Source: Octopus bimaculoides
Taxonomy: Eukaryota
Direction of reading: 5' to 3'
DNA length: 45,594 nucleotides
Assembly (NCBI RefSeq): GCF_001194135.2
Contig: NC_068982.1
Span: 151,247,930-151,293,523, forward strand
The notes under the pieces were generated by a model. The model did no database searches. It was not told the DNA's origin and saw only the letters and a program-made list of their open reading frames with translations. The translations under genes were made by a program, and so were the position numbers. This document shows, piece after piece, positions 25,205 to 36,669 of the stretch (positions are counted from its first letter, which is position 1; each line of letters begins with the position of its first letter).

Positions 25205-25340
25205 TAATATTGGTTTCAAATTTTGTGCAAGGCCTGAAATTTCGGGGTAAGTCGATTACATCGACCCCATTCTCAACTGGTGCTTATTCTATCGACTCCG
25301 AAAGGATAAAAGGTAAAATCGACCTCGGTGGAATTTGAAA
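25205..25340 (-). mobile_element. SINE family 1, 5'-truncated, head-to-tail with the adjacent copy
   Basis: Minus: TTCAAATTCCACCGAGGTCGA...GTCGATGTAATCGAC...AATTTCAGGCCTTG...TTTGAAACCAATATTACT. Confidence 0.8.
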
Positions 25341-26047
25341 CCACCATCAGTGATATTAACAGAAACATCACAACCATTACGAATAACAACAATTCCATCA
25401 ACCGCAGAGCAATGCGATTACTATCAACATAAATAACACCAAAACATCGACAATATTAGTGTGTGTATATGTTTGTGTATGTGTATGTAAGTATTACGTA
25501 ACTATATATTTGTGTATGTATTAGTACAGAATTCGTTCACCTTCAGACTTGTGGGGGAAGAAGTGATGTTAAACTCGTCTATTAGAAACTAGCTTCAAAA
25601 CCTGTTTAACTACTGTCGACAGGTGTACATACTTATTGAACCTCACACAAACAACTACACACACAAGTACACACGCACACGCGCACACACACATATACAC
25701 ACATGCGCATTTCCACAGTGCATGTGTGTGCGTGTGTGTATGTGGTCGCATTTATATTTACCATGACTAATTATTTCTATCGATTTTTAGTGGTATGTGA
25801 CAAGTGAAATCGTTGGGATCGACTTTGTTCTTCATCACCCTAAGGTCAATAAAATAAATACCAACAAAGCCCTAATGTAGACATAATCAGTCTTACATCC
25901 CACTAGAAATCTCTGCGCAACATTCGCTATTGGTGTCTAACCTTGACACAAGATCAAATATTGCAGGGCAGAAGTGCAGGCGATGGAAGGGCACTACAAT
26001 GTACATCCTCAGAGGAATGAAATACAAAGTAAACTTCCATAGATTGT

Positions 26048-26105
<58 letters not shown>

Positions 26106-26280
26106 AAAGAGATAATTTTGTATGGATGCTTAGAGTTGAAACATTGGCGTAACCATGATATTCTGGTGATCTGGCGAGCTGCTAGCTTTCTTTATCAGTA
26201 CTGCTTTGTAAATAATCAGAACCAGGCAAAACGAAATATCACAAGGTATATAATAGAATACGTTTAATACATTACTTTTC

Positions 26281-26412
26281 TTTACATTATTTACATTTGA
26301 CGGGTATTTGTTCTCAACACAACGTTTCGGCTGATATCTCCTCCAACCTTCATGAGGTGTCTTGAGGAAATTTCGAACCTGGGTTCTTATTCCTAAGGTA
26401 TTTTTCGATGGT
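26281..26412 (-). mobile_element. Putative 3' body of a tRNA-headed SINE (family 3)
   Basis: Minus: ACCATCGAAAAATACCTTAGGAATAAGAACCCAGGTTCGAAATTTCC...GTCAAATGTAAATAATGTA. Linkage to the head at 27897-27980 is inferred from orientation and my recall of an octopus repeat. Confidence 0.55.
26313..26366 (-). ncRNA. Minimal type I hammerhead-ribozyme-like motif (core mutated, probably inactive)
   Basis: Minus: CTCAAGACAC-CTCATGA-A-GGTTG-GAGGAGATAT-CAGCC-GAAAC-GTT-GTGTTGAG. Stem I ACAC/GTGT extends past a bulge to ACTC/TGAG pairing; stem II GGTTG/CAGCC; GAAAC-GUU cleavage arrangement. Core reads CUCAUGA instead of CUGAUGA. Confidence 0.55.
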
Positions 26413-26446
26413 ATCATCATCATCATCATCATCATCATCATCGTCG

Positions 26447-26491
<45 letters not shown>

Positions 26492-26492
26492 C

Positions 26493-26541
<49 letters not shown>

Positions 26542-26542
26542 T
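26413..26542. repeat. (ATC)n-(ATT)n tract (LINE tail/target)
   Basis: Direct. Confidence 0.95.
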
Positions 26543-27896
26543 TATATTTGACTTTCGCTTTGCATTTGTACAAGATGGTTTCAAGTCTCACGCAGAGACC
26601 TCAGGCGACAAGTTAGAAGTTCATGTTGGTGTTCTGCCTAGGGTGCCATATATTTGGTTTTTGTACATAGTGTTGTTCGAGAGAATGTTTAAGAAACCAT
26701 AAGAAAATTATGTGTTTTTTTTAAAATTTGAGATTACATAGTACTTTACGCAGGATATGAGCAGTTCCCATGAGCACTATCTTTTGAATTTCTGTCATTT
26801 TGGGTTTTCCTGGTATCTGAGCTATGTAGTAATCAGCCCCTTTTGCTATCATTATTAGAGGACCTACGACAACAGGTATTGTTTTAGTCTTCAAGTTCCA
26901 CATTTTGCTAATTTCTATTTTAAGATCTTTATACTTGCTCAGTTTTTGGTAGGTCTTGACAGATACGTTTATATCTATTGGGACAGTCATATCAATGAGG
27001 AGGCATGATTTTTGTCTGAAGTCTTTCACTATGATGTCTGGCCTATTTGCATCTATCTTTCTGTCAGTTTGAATGGTGAAGTTCCAGAGCAGTGAGATGT
27101 GATCATTTTCAAGCACTGGGGGTGGTTTGTGTTCCCACCAGTTTTTATCATGGGGCAAGTTCAGGTTTTTGCAAATTACCCAGTGAATATATTGTGCAGC
27201 TCTATCATGCCTATTGAGATACTCTGTAGGCGCAAGAAAACTGCACATGGAGGCAACATGATCAATGGCCTCATGTTATTTGGCCTAGGTATTTGTAGCT
27301 CTCCGCTGGTTCTAACTCTTGTATGACATTCTGATCGTCAAGGTTAACGTTAGATGTTTCTGTCAATTTTCCTTTGATAAAGGTAGCTTTTGAACATTTA
27401 TCGACGCCAAATTGCATCCTGATGTCATCACTGAATTGTTTAACAATCGCTAGTAAGCTCTTGAGTTGTTGCTCATTTTATGGAAATAGCTTTAAATCAG
27501 CCATATAAATGAGATGATTTATATTTTTATCAAACATTTTATAACCGTACTGTGCATCATTGAGCAATTTTGAGAGAGGTATTAAGGCTAGACAAAAGAG
27601 GAGTGGTGATAGCGAGTCACTCTGGAAAATTCCACATGAAATTCTTACATCTCCAGCATTTAGAGATTCATTGCCGCTGTTCAAAGTCAGTGTGGTTCTC
27701 CATAATCTCATACTTACAGACAAAATGTTTCGCAGAGTAAGAGCTATTTTATACATTCCAGACATTTCAAGCTATGTGGTAAGCTATCAAAAGCTTTTTT
27801 ATAGTCTATCCAGGCTATTGACAAGATTTTGTGTCTTTTGTGACAATCTTCTAAGATCATCTTATTGATGAGTAGCTGATCTTTACAGCCATAAAG
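26543..27896 (-). pseudogene. R4/Dong-like LINE E: RT fragment plus RLE, internally deleted
   Basis: GCKDQLLINK, AWIDYKKAFDSLPH, GIFQSDSLSPLLF, HLIYMADLKLF, YKYLG, then RHDRAAQYIHW, RPDIIV, IDMTVP, KLSKYKDL, GTAHILRKVL; 3'UTR runs into (AAT)n. Confidence 0.92.
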
Positions 27897-27980
27897 ATTA
27901 TTATTCAGGTGACTGGCTGGAATCGAATTCAGAATTTTGGGGTTAGTAGCCCGCACTCTTAACCACTACGCCATATGCCC
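27897..27980 (-). mobile_element. tRNA-like SINE head (family 3) followed by (AAT)3
   Basis: Minus: GGGCATATGGCGTAGTGGTTAAGAG (A box/D arm), GGG-CTACTAA-CCC (anticodon-like arm), ATTCGATTCC (B-box-like), then CACCTGAATAATAAT. Acceptor stem does not pair well, so not called a tRNA gene. Confidence 0.75.
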
Positions 27981-28489
27981 GCGGGCATAAAAACAAGTAA
28001 AATCAGTGACAAGCAGAGTCTTCTTGAAAATTTATTAGCTTCTATGTTGTAGTAGAGGCAATATGTTCTTTGTCTATCTCTTTAACTTCTTGGAGATTTT
28101 ACGTATAATTATACTAATGTTCTAATTTAATTAAATTCTATGTCTTTGTGCAACTGAGGATTGCTCTGCATTTGAAATTGATGTAATGATTGCATTGTTC
28201 AATTAAATGGATATATATNNNNNNNNNNNNNNNNNNNNNNNNNNNNNNNNNNNNNNNNNNNNNNNNNNNNNNNNNNNNNNNNNNNNNNNNNNNNNNNNNN
28301 NNNNNNNNNNNNNNNNNNNNNNNNNNNNNNNNNNNNNNNNNNNNNNNNNNNNNNNNNNNNNNNNNNNNNNNNNNNNNNNNNNNNNNNNNNNNNNNNNNNN
28401 NNNNNNNNNNNNNNNNNNNNNNNNNNNNNNNNNNNNNNNNNNNNNNNNNNNNNNNNNNNNNNNNNNNNNNNNNNNNNNNNNNNNNNNNN

Positions 28490-28520
<31 letters not shown>

Positions 28521-30770
28521 TTTATAGGTAGGAATGAATGTGCTCATTGCGTGACAACGTTCTAGCTCAAGTTTCGGTCCTTATGTTTAACGACATTAAA
28601 CGCCCACTATTGCGTGATCACTTGAAGGCCTGCGCGGTCTGAGGAAGGCTATAGTGTAATATAAAGAGTACATCAATAATTTGAATATGGTTACTGGATT
28701 TCTGTAATGTGTAGTTCTCTTCTGTCTGAAGAAGCCTTCGGATTGACAATTCACATATAAACCACATGGCCACAAACATTAGTACACACACAAACATATA
28801 TACATGTTTATACAATATATATATGTATGTATACATATATGCCTGTGTGTGTATTAATGCTTGTCTTTGTGCGGTTTGTATGCAGCTGTGTGAGTCTGGT
28901 CGCGTAATTTCTTAGTATGTTAATACTTATATGCATGTGCTTCTATATAGATGTGAGCATCGTTTTCGTTTCACTACAGTTCATCGGAATAAAAAGTATT
29001 TTGAGATATTTTGGCCTTTTAACTCTATTTGAAAATAACTGTTGTTCAATACTATCTATCGGTTTAATCTTTATATCTCCAGCTGTCTGTTCCCTATTGA
29101 ATTCATTCATATGAACTTTTATTTACTTTAACAGCTTTAGTTCTCCTCTTGTCTCTTCCTGTTTTTTTATTAACATTAACGATGATAAATTCTCTCAACT
29201 TAGATCCAGTACTTTCATTGATATAAACAAAATATAATATTTTTTTATGACCATACCAATCTAATTTTATCTAGTATCAATCCTGTATGTTCACCAGAAC
29301 ATACAAAATTATCTCTTTATATATATANNNNNNNNNNNNNNNNNNNNNNNNNNNNNNNNNNNNNNNNNNNNNNNNNNNNNNNNNNNNNNNNNNNNNNNNN
29401 NNNNNNNNNNNNNNNNNNNNNNNNNNNNNNNNNNNNNNNNNNNNNNNNNNNNNNNNNNNNNNNNNNNNNNNNNNNNNNNNNNNNNNNNNNNNNNNNNNNT
29501 ATATATACATATATATATATATATCAATTAGAAAATGGAGGATAATATGCTGAACCCAACTACTTGCATTCAGTGTATCCCGTTTTCTAGTTGATATACA
29601 AATTTGGGGTAAAACCTCCACTTTTACCGGCTCTCATTGATTGCACTTGGTATAACACTAGTGTAGCAATAATTGGGTACCCTCCCAGCAGTATACTGGA
29701 TAGATACTATCCCTTAGTGGGTTGAACCCTCAACCCCTAACTCTCTCGCATTATATATATATATATATATATGTATAAAGCGATAATTTTGTATGTTCTG
29801 GTGCTCTGACGAGCTGCTAGCTTTCTTTGTCTGTACTGCTTTGTAAATAATCATTTGTATTGTAAAATGTATAGCATGCATATTAGTACAGACATCTAAA
29901 CTATTTATTATACACTGAAATTATATTACATGATGAAATGGCCGTAATCCTAAGGGTAATAAGTGGCTAAATAAAAATATTAACCTTTCATACCTCCTGT
30001 CTTTTTATGGTTAATAATGAAATAATCTCATCAAATAGATTGCCTGGATTTCAGATCCACAGAACGCTGCATTATACTTTTTCGTATTGGCTTACTATGT
30101 GGTCAGCTAGCCGGGTCCGGTGGAGGAGCTCTCTATGATAGCCACACGATTCTATGAATATATTACACTACAAATTGCACACACACACACACGTGCGCGC
30201 ACACGCACACATACACACACACACATTGCAGTGTTATTAAAATTTAAACCTCACGTTAAATTTCCAGTATTTAGACTTGCATGTGTATACCTATATATTG
30301 AAGGTGAATCTGTGAGGATGCCACATTTGGTTTCATTTTGCTGTAACAAACAGCTACAAATGACCAAGAATACATATGGAAAGCAAAACAAACCAGGAGA
30401 GTTGTTTACATATTTAGCTGCATCGTCTTAAGCGCATATCATTACTAATGAATATCAATTCATTAGTAATGATATAACGACAATCGAGTGCATTATCAAG
30501 TCTTCTGAAATAACGTATCTTTCATTGGTAAACTTTTGTATTGATACAGGTCTAAACTGTGTATCACGTTGTATTGCAGGTCAGATTTTTGTTGATATTT
30601 TGAATATTACAGAGTGTACAAACGTGTAACTCGGTCCACTGAAAGATCCTAGGTAGGTACGTACGCAGTGAACATTTCAATCGTATTGATAAGCTACATA
30701 CCGAGTTATGTTGAGCTATGTATTTTGAGGTGCTTTCAACTGTGTCAGGCTTTATCGCAGGTGTACGAAT

Positions 30771-31235
30771 ATGCCCCTGAAACGACCCCTGACAACTACA
30801 GAGAAGACGCGGATTGTTGCAGGTCTCGCAGAAGGCTTATGTGTGGGAGAATAAGCCCAAGAACTTGGTCGGGATACAAAAACATTGAAAACGTATGTGA
30901 AAAACTCCATCACCAAACCAAGGCAACATAAAGGTACGAGAAGTGTATCCCAGCGTGACATCCGAAAAATAGATAAACATATTTGAAAGTGTTACTCTTT
31001 TGTCCAGAAGCAGCCGGTGTAGGATCCTAAAAGACGGCCAGAAGTATTAAGTGCATCACCAGACCCATCCTAAGCAAGAACTACAAAGAGAAGCGTATTG
31101 ACTGGGCACGGAAGTACATGAAGATCAATTTCCAAGATGTCTTCTCCGCGGATGAGGTCAGGGCTGCTATGGATGGCCCCGACGGATGGGCCAAAGTTTG
31201 TGTACATCTTGGAGCCTCTCGCCCGCATCACAGAT
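30771..31235 (+). pseudogene. Tc1-like transposase, N-terminal half
   Basis: MPLKRPLTTTEKTRIVAGL...LGRDTKTLKTYV...RPILSKNYKEKRIDWARKYMKINFQDVFSADEVRAAMDGPDGW (the TDE.RATLDGPDGW signature); stops present. Confidence 0.8.
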
Positions 31236-31842
31236 AAAAGTTGTAAATTAATGTGTGCTTTCAATTGGCTAGGTCAGCACAATTGGTTAGGTCACCACTA
31301 TTCCAGTGCCATAGGACTTTTAGTTGATGGAATGAAAAATGAGGTTACCATAAAGAGACACTTGTATGTCATTGGATGATAGTGATAAAAACGTGTATCA
31401 CTTTCTGAGCCTCCTTGATTAATACCTGGTGACAGGTCTGAGTGAGATGACCAGTAATCACATGAAACAACAGGTTTTACATTAAAGCATCCTAGAAGGA
31501 TGCTGTAAAAATCCCAGCGGGTCCCTCACGCACAGTAGTTTTGTTTCTCACCCTGACACCAAAAAAGCGTATTTCTGCGTCCCTGCTATCAGATGAATTT
31601 TAATTACATGTGCTACTTAACCCATAGTTGGGACCCTGACATGTGCTAGTTAATCCTTAGCTGGGACGCTGACAAGTGCTACTGCTCCGGGTCAAACTAG
31701 GGGTAGTATCACTCCTCAAAACCCTGGAACATGCATACATACAGACATACACACACGCAACCACTTGCACATGCACACACATCCATGTGTTCGTGAGTGT
31801 GTGTATACATGTGTGCCTGTGTGCATAGCTACTTATGTGGGT

Positions 31843-31882
<40 letters not shown>

Positions 31883-32003
31883 GCATTACATATGTGCATA
31901 TGAATGCACACATATCTACACGCAAACACACATACGCACTGTGTGCCTTTGTGCGTGCATGTGTATCAGGAAATCTAGAACGAAAAAACATGAATAATTA
32001 GGT

Positions 32004-32062
<59 letters not shown>

Positions 32063-33699
32063 CTAGATAGTAAAAGTAATGGTGAGACACTGAGCTATGC
32101 CTTCGCGCACGTGTATATTTTAAAATTTATCGACTTGTCAGCGTTAAGCTTGGTAGTCTGTGTCTGTTTGAGTTATTAAGATGTATTTTCATTCTCATTC
32201 ATTTCCCTGTCGACAGAAAATCGAAATGAAATCTTCCTCGGCTGTCTGGAATTAAATCAGTTCTCTAACCTTTCAAGATATATACTTCCAACACTTGATG
32301 TGTCAGAAGTATGATACGACAGATCAAACATCAATATTTGTCACTCGATCTACATCAGTACATTGATAGACGTGATAGTAAAATACCCGATTTATATGCT
32401 TTATCTTTCACCGTCCCTCTGAGCATCGTTAAATTAAGTATTAGTTGTTGATTCAAAGTTTGTCGCCCTTAATTGTCCTGGCTTACATTCAAACATAATA
32501 CATCTAGTACTGAACTAGCCGATGTGTACTCTGATTTTTTTATATTTTAAAGATGATTTGGTGTGATTAGATTTAGCTGCTTTTCTAGATGAATGATGGA
32601 CCACGTATAACTCCCCGCGAATACATACAAGTTTCATACTAAGTTCAATTCCATATGTCTGACTTAGTGCTAAAGTTAGAATTCATTGTGCAGTGAATTT
32701 ATCCGTAGTTTCAGCTGTAAGGAGGTCAGTAAACTTCCAAAAAGTTGACATAAGATGCGATTTCAAGTGATATCGCTACCGTTGGTATAACTCCACCTCC
32801 AATGTAAAATACAGAACTTTTGAACCTAATCAAGAATGAAACAGAGGTGTTTGTGTTAATATTGTAGCAAACAGGCTCGAATTTATGGCTGAGAGTATAT
32901 TATTAACACGTCGAATCCGTCACTGAAGTTTAATTCCAAACTGACACCATTTCTTCTCTTAGATCCCCGGATTACTGCGGTTTAGTTAATATCCCTGCTT
33001 TTGTTGTTCAGTTAATGTAAGTTTTGATTGAGCAAGCCTATAAGTAAATGCGTTCCTATTGTAAACTTCCTGACTTAATTTTGGATACAGTTGGTTGCAT
33101 TTGTGAGTGATTTCGTAGCTATTTCTAGCAGTTCGAGCAACTACGTATAGACTCTATTGTTAACATGACATTTTGTTGTATGACTCCCAGGTCAAATCTG
33201 AGCGAGCATTCTAATGATTAAGTATTGTAGCCATTGATATCTCGTCTTTTTAGGGTATGTAGGATTAAATTCCCTAAAATGTTCTTATTATAAGACAGTG
33301 GAACATAGTTCGAAAGTTATTTGATTGCTATTTCTTGCAGGCCAAGCGGCAGCGTATAGATTCAATCGTTAGCCACGCCGGAGAAAAGAAAAGTAAAGTA
33401 AAGCTTGCAAGGATTTTGAACTCAGAACGTAAGTAAATTACGCATTGTATACAGTTCAGTACATTTATTATTTCTACATAACATTAACCTACAATTTAAT
33501 TGTATTTTTAGGGCCAGAACCAATATAAGAAGCTGCTTGTTATTTACTGAGTATGTGATATTTAAACAAAATTATATTATTCTATTATTATTTTATAATA
33601 ATTTTGTAATAATATAATCTACGAAATGATGTGTCTAATTACAAATATTAGAAATCGTTATTAGCTATCCAAAAGAGTAGTGGATTGTCAGAAACAAAA

Positions 33700-33900
33700 C
33701 GTTTTGTGGTATTTAGTTAGGGCTCTTTACGTTCTCCATCAAAACCTTACCGAAGTCGATCATATTATTCATACTTCAGGCTTGATAAAAGTACCAGTCA
33801 AACAATGTGATCAGTTTAATTGACTTAGAACGTAAAGTCGGACGAAATGCCGGAAAGAACTTTCCCGAGGTGGTAACAATTCTCCAAGCCCGTAGCCTTG
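33700..33900. mobile_element. Two decayed family-1 SINE fragments in opposite orientations
   Basis: Plus about 33700-33815 (ctctttacgttct...gaagtcgat...gataaaagtaccagtc); minus about 33820-33900 (agaacgtaaagtcggacgaaatgcc). Confidence 0.5.
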
Positions 33901-33904
33901 TATC

Positions 33905-34122
33905 TAGAAATAATATTGGTTTCAAATTTTGGTACAAGACCAGCAATTCCGGCGTGGGGGTAGGGGTGTAAGACGATTACATCGACTCCAGTGTTCCAAT
34001 GGCACTTATTTGGATGAAAGGCAAAGTCGATCTCAGCGGAATTTGGACTCAGAAAGTAAAGACGGACGAAATGCCGCTAAGCATTTTCCCCGGCCTGCTA
34101 ATGATTCTTCCATCTCGCCGTC
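33905..34122 (-). mobile_element. tRNA-derived SINE, family 1, near full length
   Basis: Minus: GACGGCGAGATGGAAGAATC...CTGAGTCCAAATTCC...GTCGATGTAATCGTC...TTTGAAACCAATATT. Confidence 0.82.
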
Positions 34123-34547
34123 TTGCATTTACTAGTAATATTCAACATGAATATCTAATATATTTATTTTCTTTCAAATTTCCTTTACAAGTAAATTATT
34201 CGGACTTACAAATTAATCAGGTGCCCTTGAGACCAAACTTATTGCCCCTCTCCCTCACTTACATACAGACTTCGGGTTTTTGTGGAGGGGAGTGTATGCG
34301 TGGTCTATTATATATATAATTACATATATTACATATATGTGTGTGTATGTGTATATATACATATGTGTATGTATACATATCTGCATGTCTGTTTATATTT
34401 ATTTCTTCATTATGCCTCCTCTGTTGGTTTCTCGAATAAAATTTTAGTTTCAAAGAAAGCGTTCTTTCACTTTCATTCCGTTGCCGGAATGAAAGTGACA
34501 CACACATGCACATTTACACATGGAGATGCACAAACACACACGTTAAC

Positions 34548-34657
<110 letters not shown>

Positions 34658-34932
34658 TTTAAAGTGGTATGGAAATTGTTTTCAAAAGCAAACATTTCAT
34701 ATTTATGGTTGTGTGTGTGTGTGTGTGTGTGTGTGTGCCCACATACATCTACATACACATTTGCATTAAATTATTTATAATGAAAAAGCACATTTGAATT
34801 TTCTTGTGCTTCAGCACTGTATAAAAATATACTTTTGCCTCGTTCTTTTAAACAGCTGAACAATTTTTATTCGATACTACGCTACACTAGTATNNNNNNN
34901 NNNATATATATATATATATACTATATATATCG

Positions 34933-35467
34933 AAGTAATGGCATAAATACATGCAGATAAATTAAGAAATCTAAGCTGATGAGGTAACAGTTCACAATAT
35001 TCCAAAAAGGGAAGTCCTTAAATGAATCCAATAAATAGAAAGAGTCATACGGCCGTTTCCGGGAATGTACGAAGAAATATGTAGGTAAGAGCTTTTGAAC
35101 TTCGGTAATCCGCATTTCATTAATCAGAGAATATGTACGGATTTGGAGTTTTTAAAGAAAATGAAAACATTATTCGTGAGATTGTAAAAATATGTTTACA
35201 ATACACGAATATTTACAATCTCACGAATAATTTTATGACTTTGTCTAAAAACTCTAAATCTGTACATATTCTCTGATGAAGGAAATGTGGATTACCGAAG
35301 TTCAAAAGGTCTTACCTACACACTTCTTCGCACACTCCCGGAAACGGCCGTAAGACTCTTTCTATTTATTGGATTCATTTGAGAACTTCCTTTTTTGGAT
35401 TATTGTGAACTGTTATCTCATCAGCTTGGACTTCTTAATTTATCTGTATGTATTTATGCAATTACTT
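34933..35467. mobile_element. ~535-bp fold-back (palindromic) element, probably a MITE
   Basis: Direct: 34933 to about 35193 is an imperfect reverse complement of about 35209-35467, with a loop of about 15 nt. Confidence 0.8.
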
Positions 35468-35716
35468 ATCTTATTTTGATTTGGGCACGGAATTACACTA
35501 TTATATGAATATATATGTTTTTGTATGTTATTTGTTCGCATGCTTATAATGACTTATATATGCCTTCTGTGTTGAGATATGTGTCGGCTTTGATGAAGAG
35601 TATTATTGACCTTGGAACTTGTCTCTTTCAAATTAATACTTTGATCTAATCGGTCTATAAATTGATCCCTACGCTGTTGTTCCTTGAAAAGAGTTGACCT
35701 CTTTAATTTTTCATTA

Positions 35717-35755
<39 letters not shown>

Positions 35756-36236
35756 NNNNNNNNNNNNNNNNNNNNNNNNNNNNNNNNNNNNNNNNNNNNN
35801 NNNNNNNNNNNNNNNNNNNNNNNNNNNNNNNNNNNNNNNNNNNNNNNNNNNNNNNNNNNNNNNNNNNNNNNNNNNNNNNNNNNNNNNNNNNNNNNNNNNN
35901 NNNNNNNNNNNNNNNNNNNNNNNNNNNNNNNNNNNNNNNNNNNNNNNNNNNNNNNNNNNNNNNNNNNNNNNNNNNNNNNNNNNNNNNNNNNNNNNNNNNN
36001 NNNNNNNNNNNNNNNNNNNNNNNNNNNNNNNNNNNNNNNNNNNNNNNNNNNNNNNNNNNNNNNNNNNNNNNNNNNNNNNNNNNNNNNNNNNNNNNNNNNN
36101 NNNNNNNNNNNNNNNNNNNNNNNNNNNNNNNNNNNNNNNNNNNNNNNNNNNNNNNNNNNNNNNNNNNNNNNNNNNNNNNNNNNNNNNNNNNNNNNNNNNN
36201 NNNNNNNNNNNNNNNNNNNNNNNNNNNNNNNNNNNN

Positions 36237-36530
36237 GCCATGACTTTCGGAAACATTTTTTAACACTCAAGGCTGCTGAAGCATGGAACAAACTACCTGC
36301 GTCAGTTATTGGCTGTCGAGGCATTGCATCCTTTAAAACCTCCATGATTCCTGAAATTCGCCTAAAATACACCTGATATCCCTCACTCCATATGCATGCG
36401 CACATGTATATCACGACTCATACACTGTTCACTTTCCTGACATTTGTATATAATTTTATGTACTATACATACACCTTTGATAAATTATAGTTCACCTGAG
36501 CATTATACACAATAATTTCATTATTAGTAT
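36237..36530 (+). mobile_element. CR1-type LINE 3' end
   Basis: HDFRKHFLTLKAAEAWNKLPASVIGCRGIASFK (the CR1 FF..R....WN.LP motif), stop at 36376, then 3'UTR; 5' part is hidden in the gap. Confidence 0.78.
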
Positions 36531-36617
36531 TTTTGTTGTTGTTGTTGTTATTATTATTGTTGTCGCTGTTGCTGTTGTTGTTGTTGTTGTTGCTATTATT
36601 ATTATTATTATTATTAC

Positions 36618-36669
<52 letters not shown>
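36531..36669. repeat. (TTG)n/(TTA)n compound microsatellite
   Basis: Direct. Confidence 0.95.

Noticed and set aside
27906-27980. tRNA gene with an ACT anticodon
   Set aside because: Acceptor stem does not pair and the B box is mutated; context indicates a SINE head.
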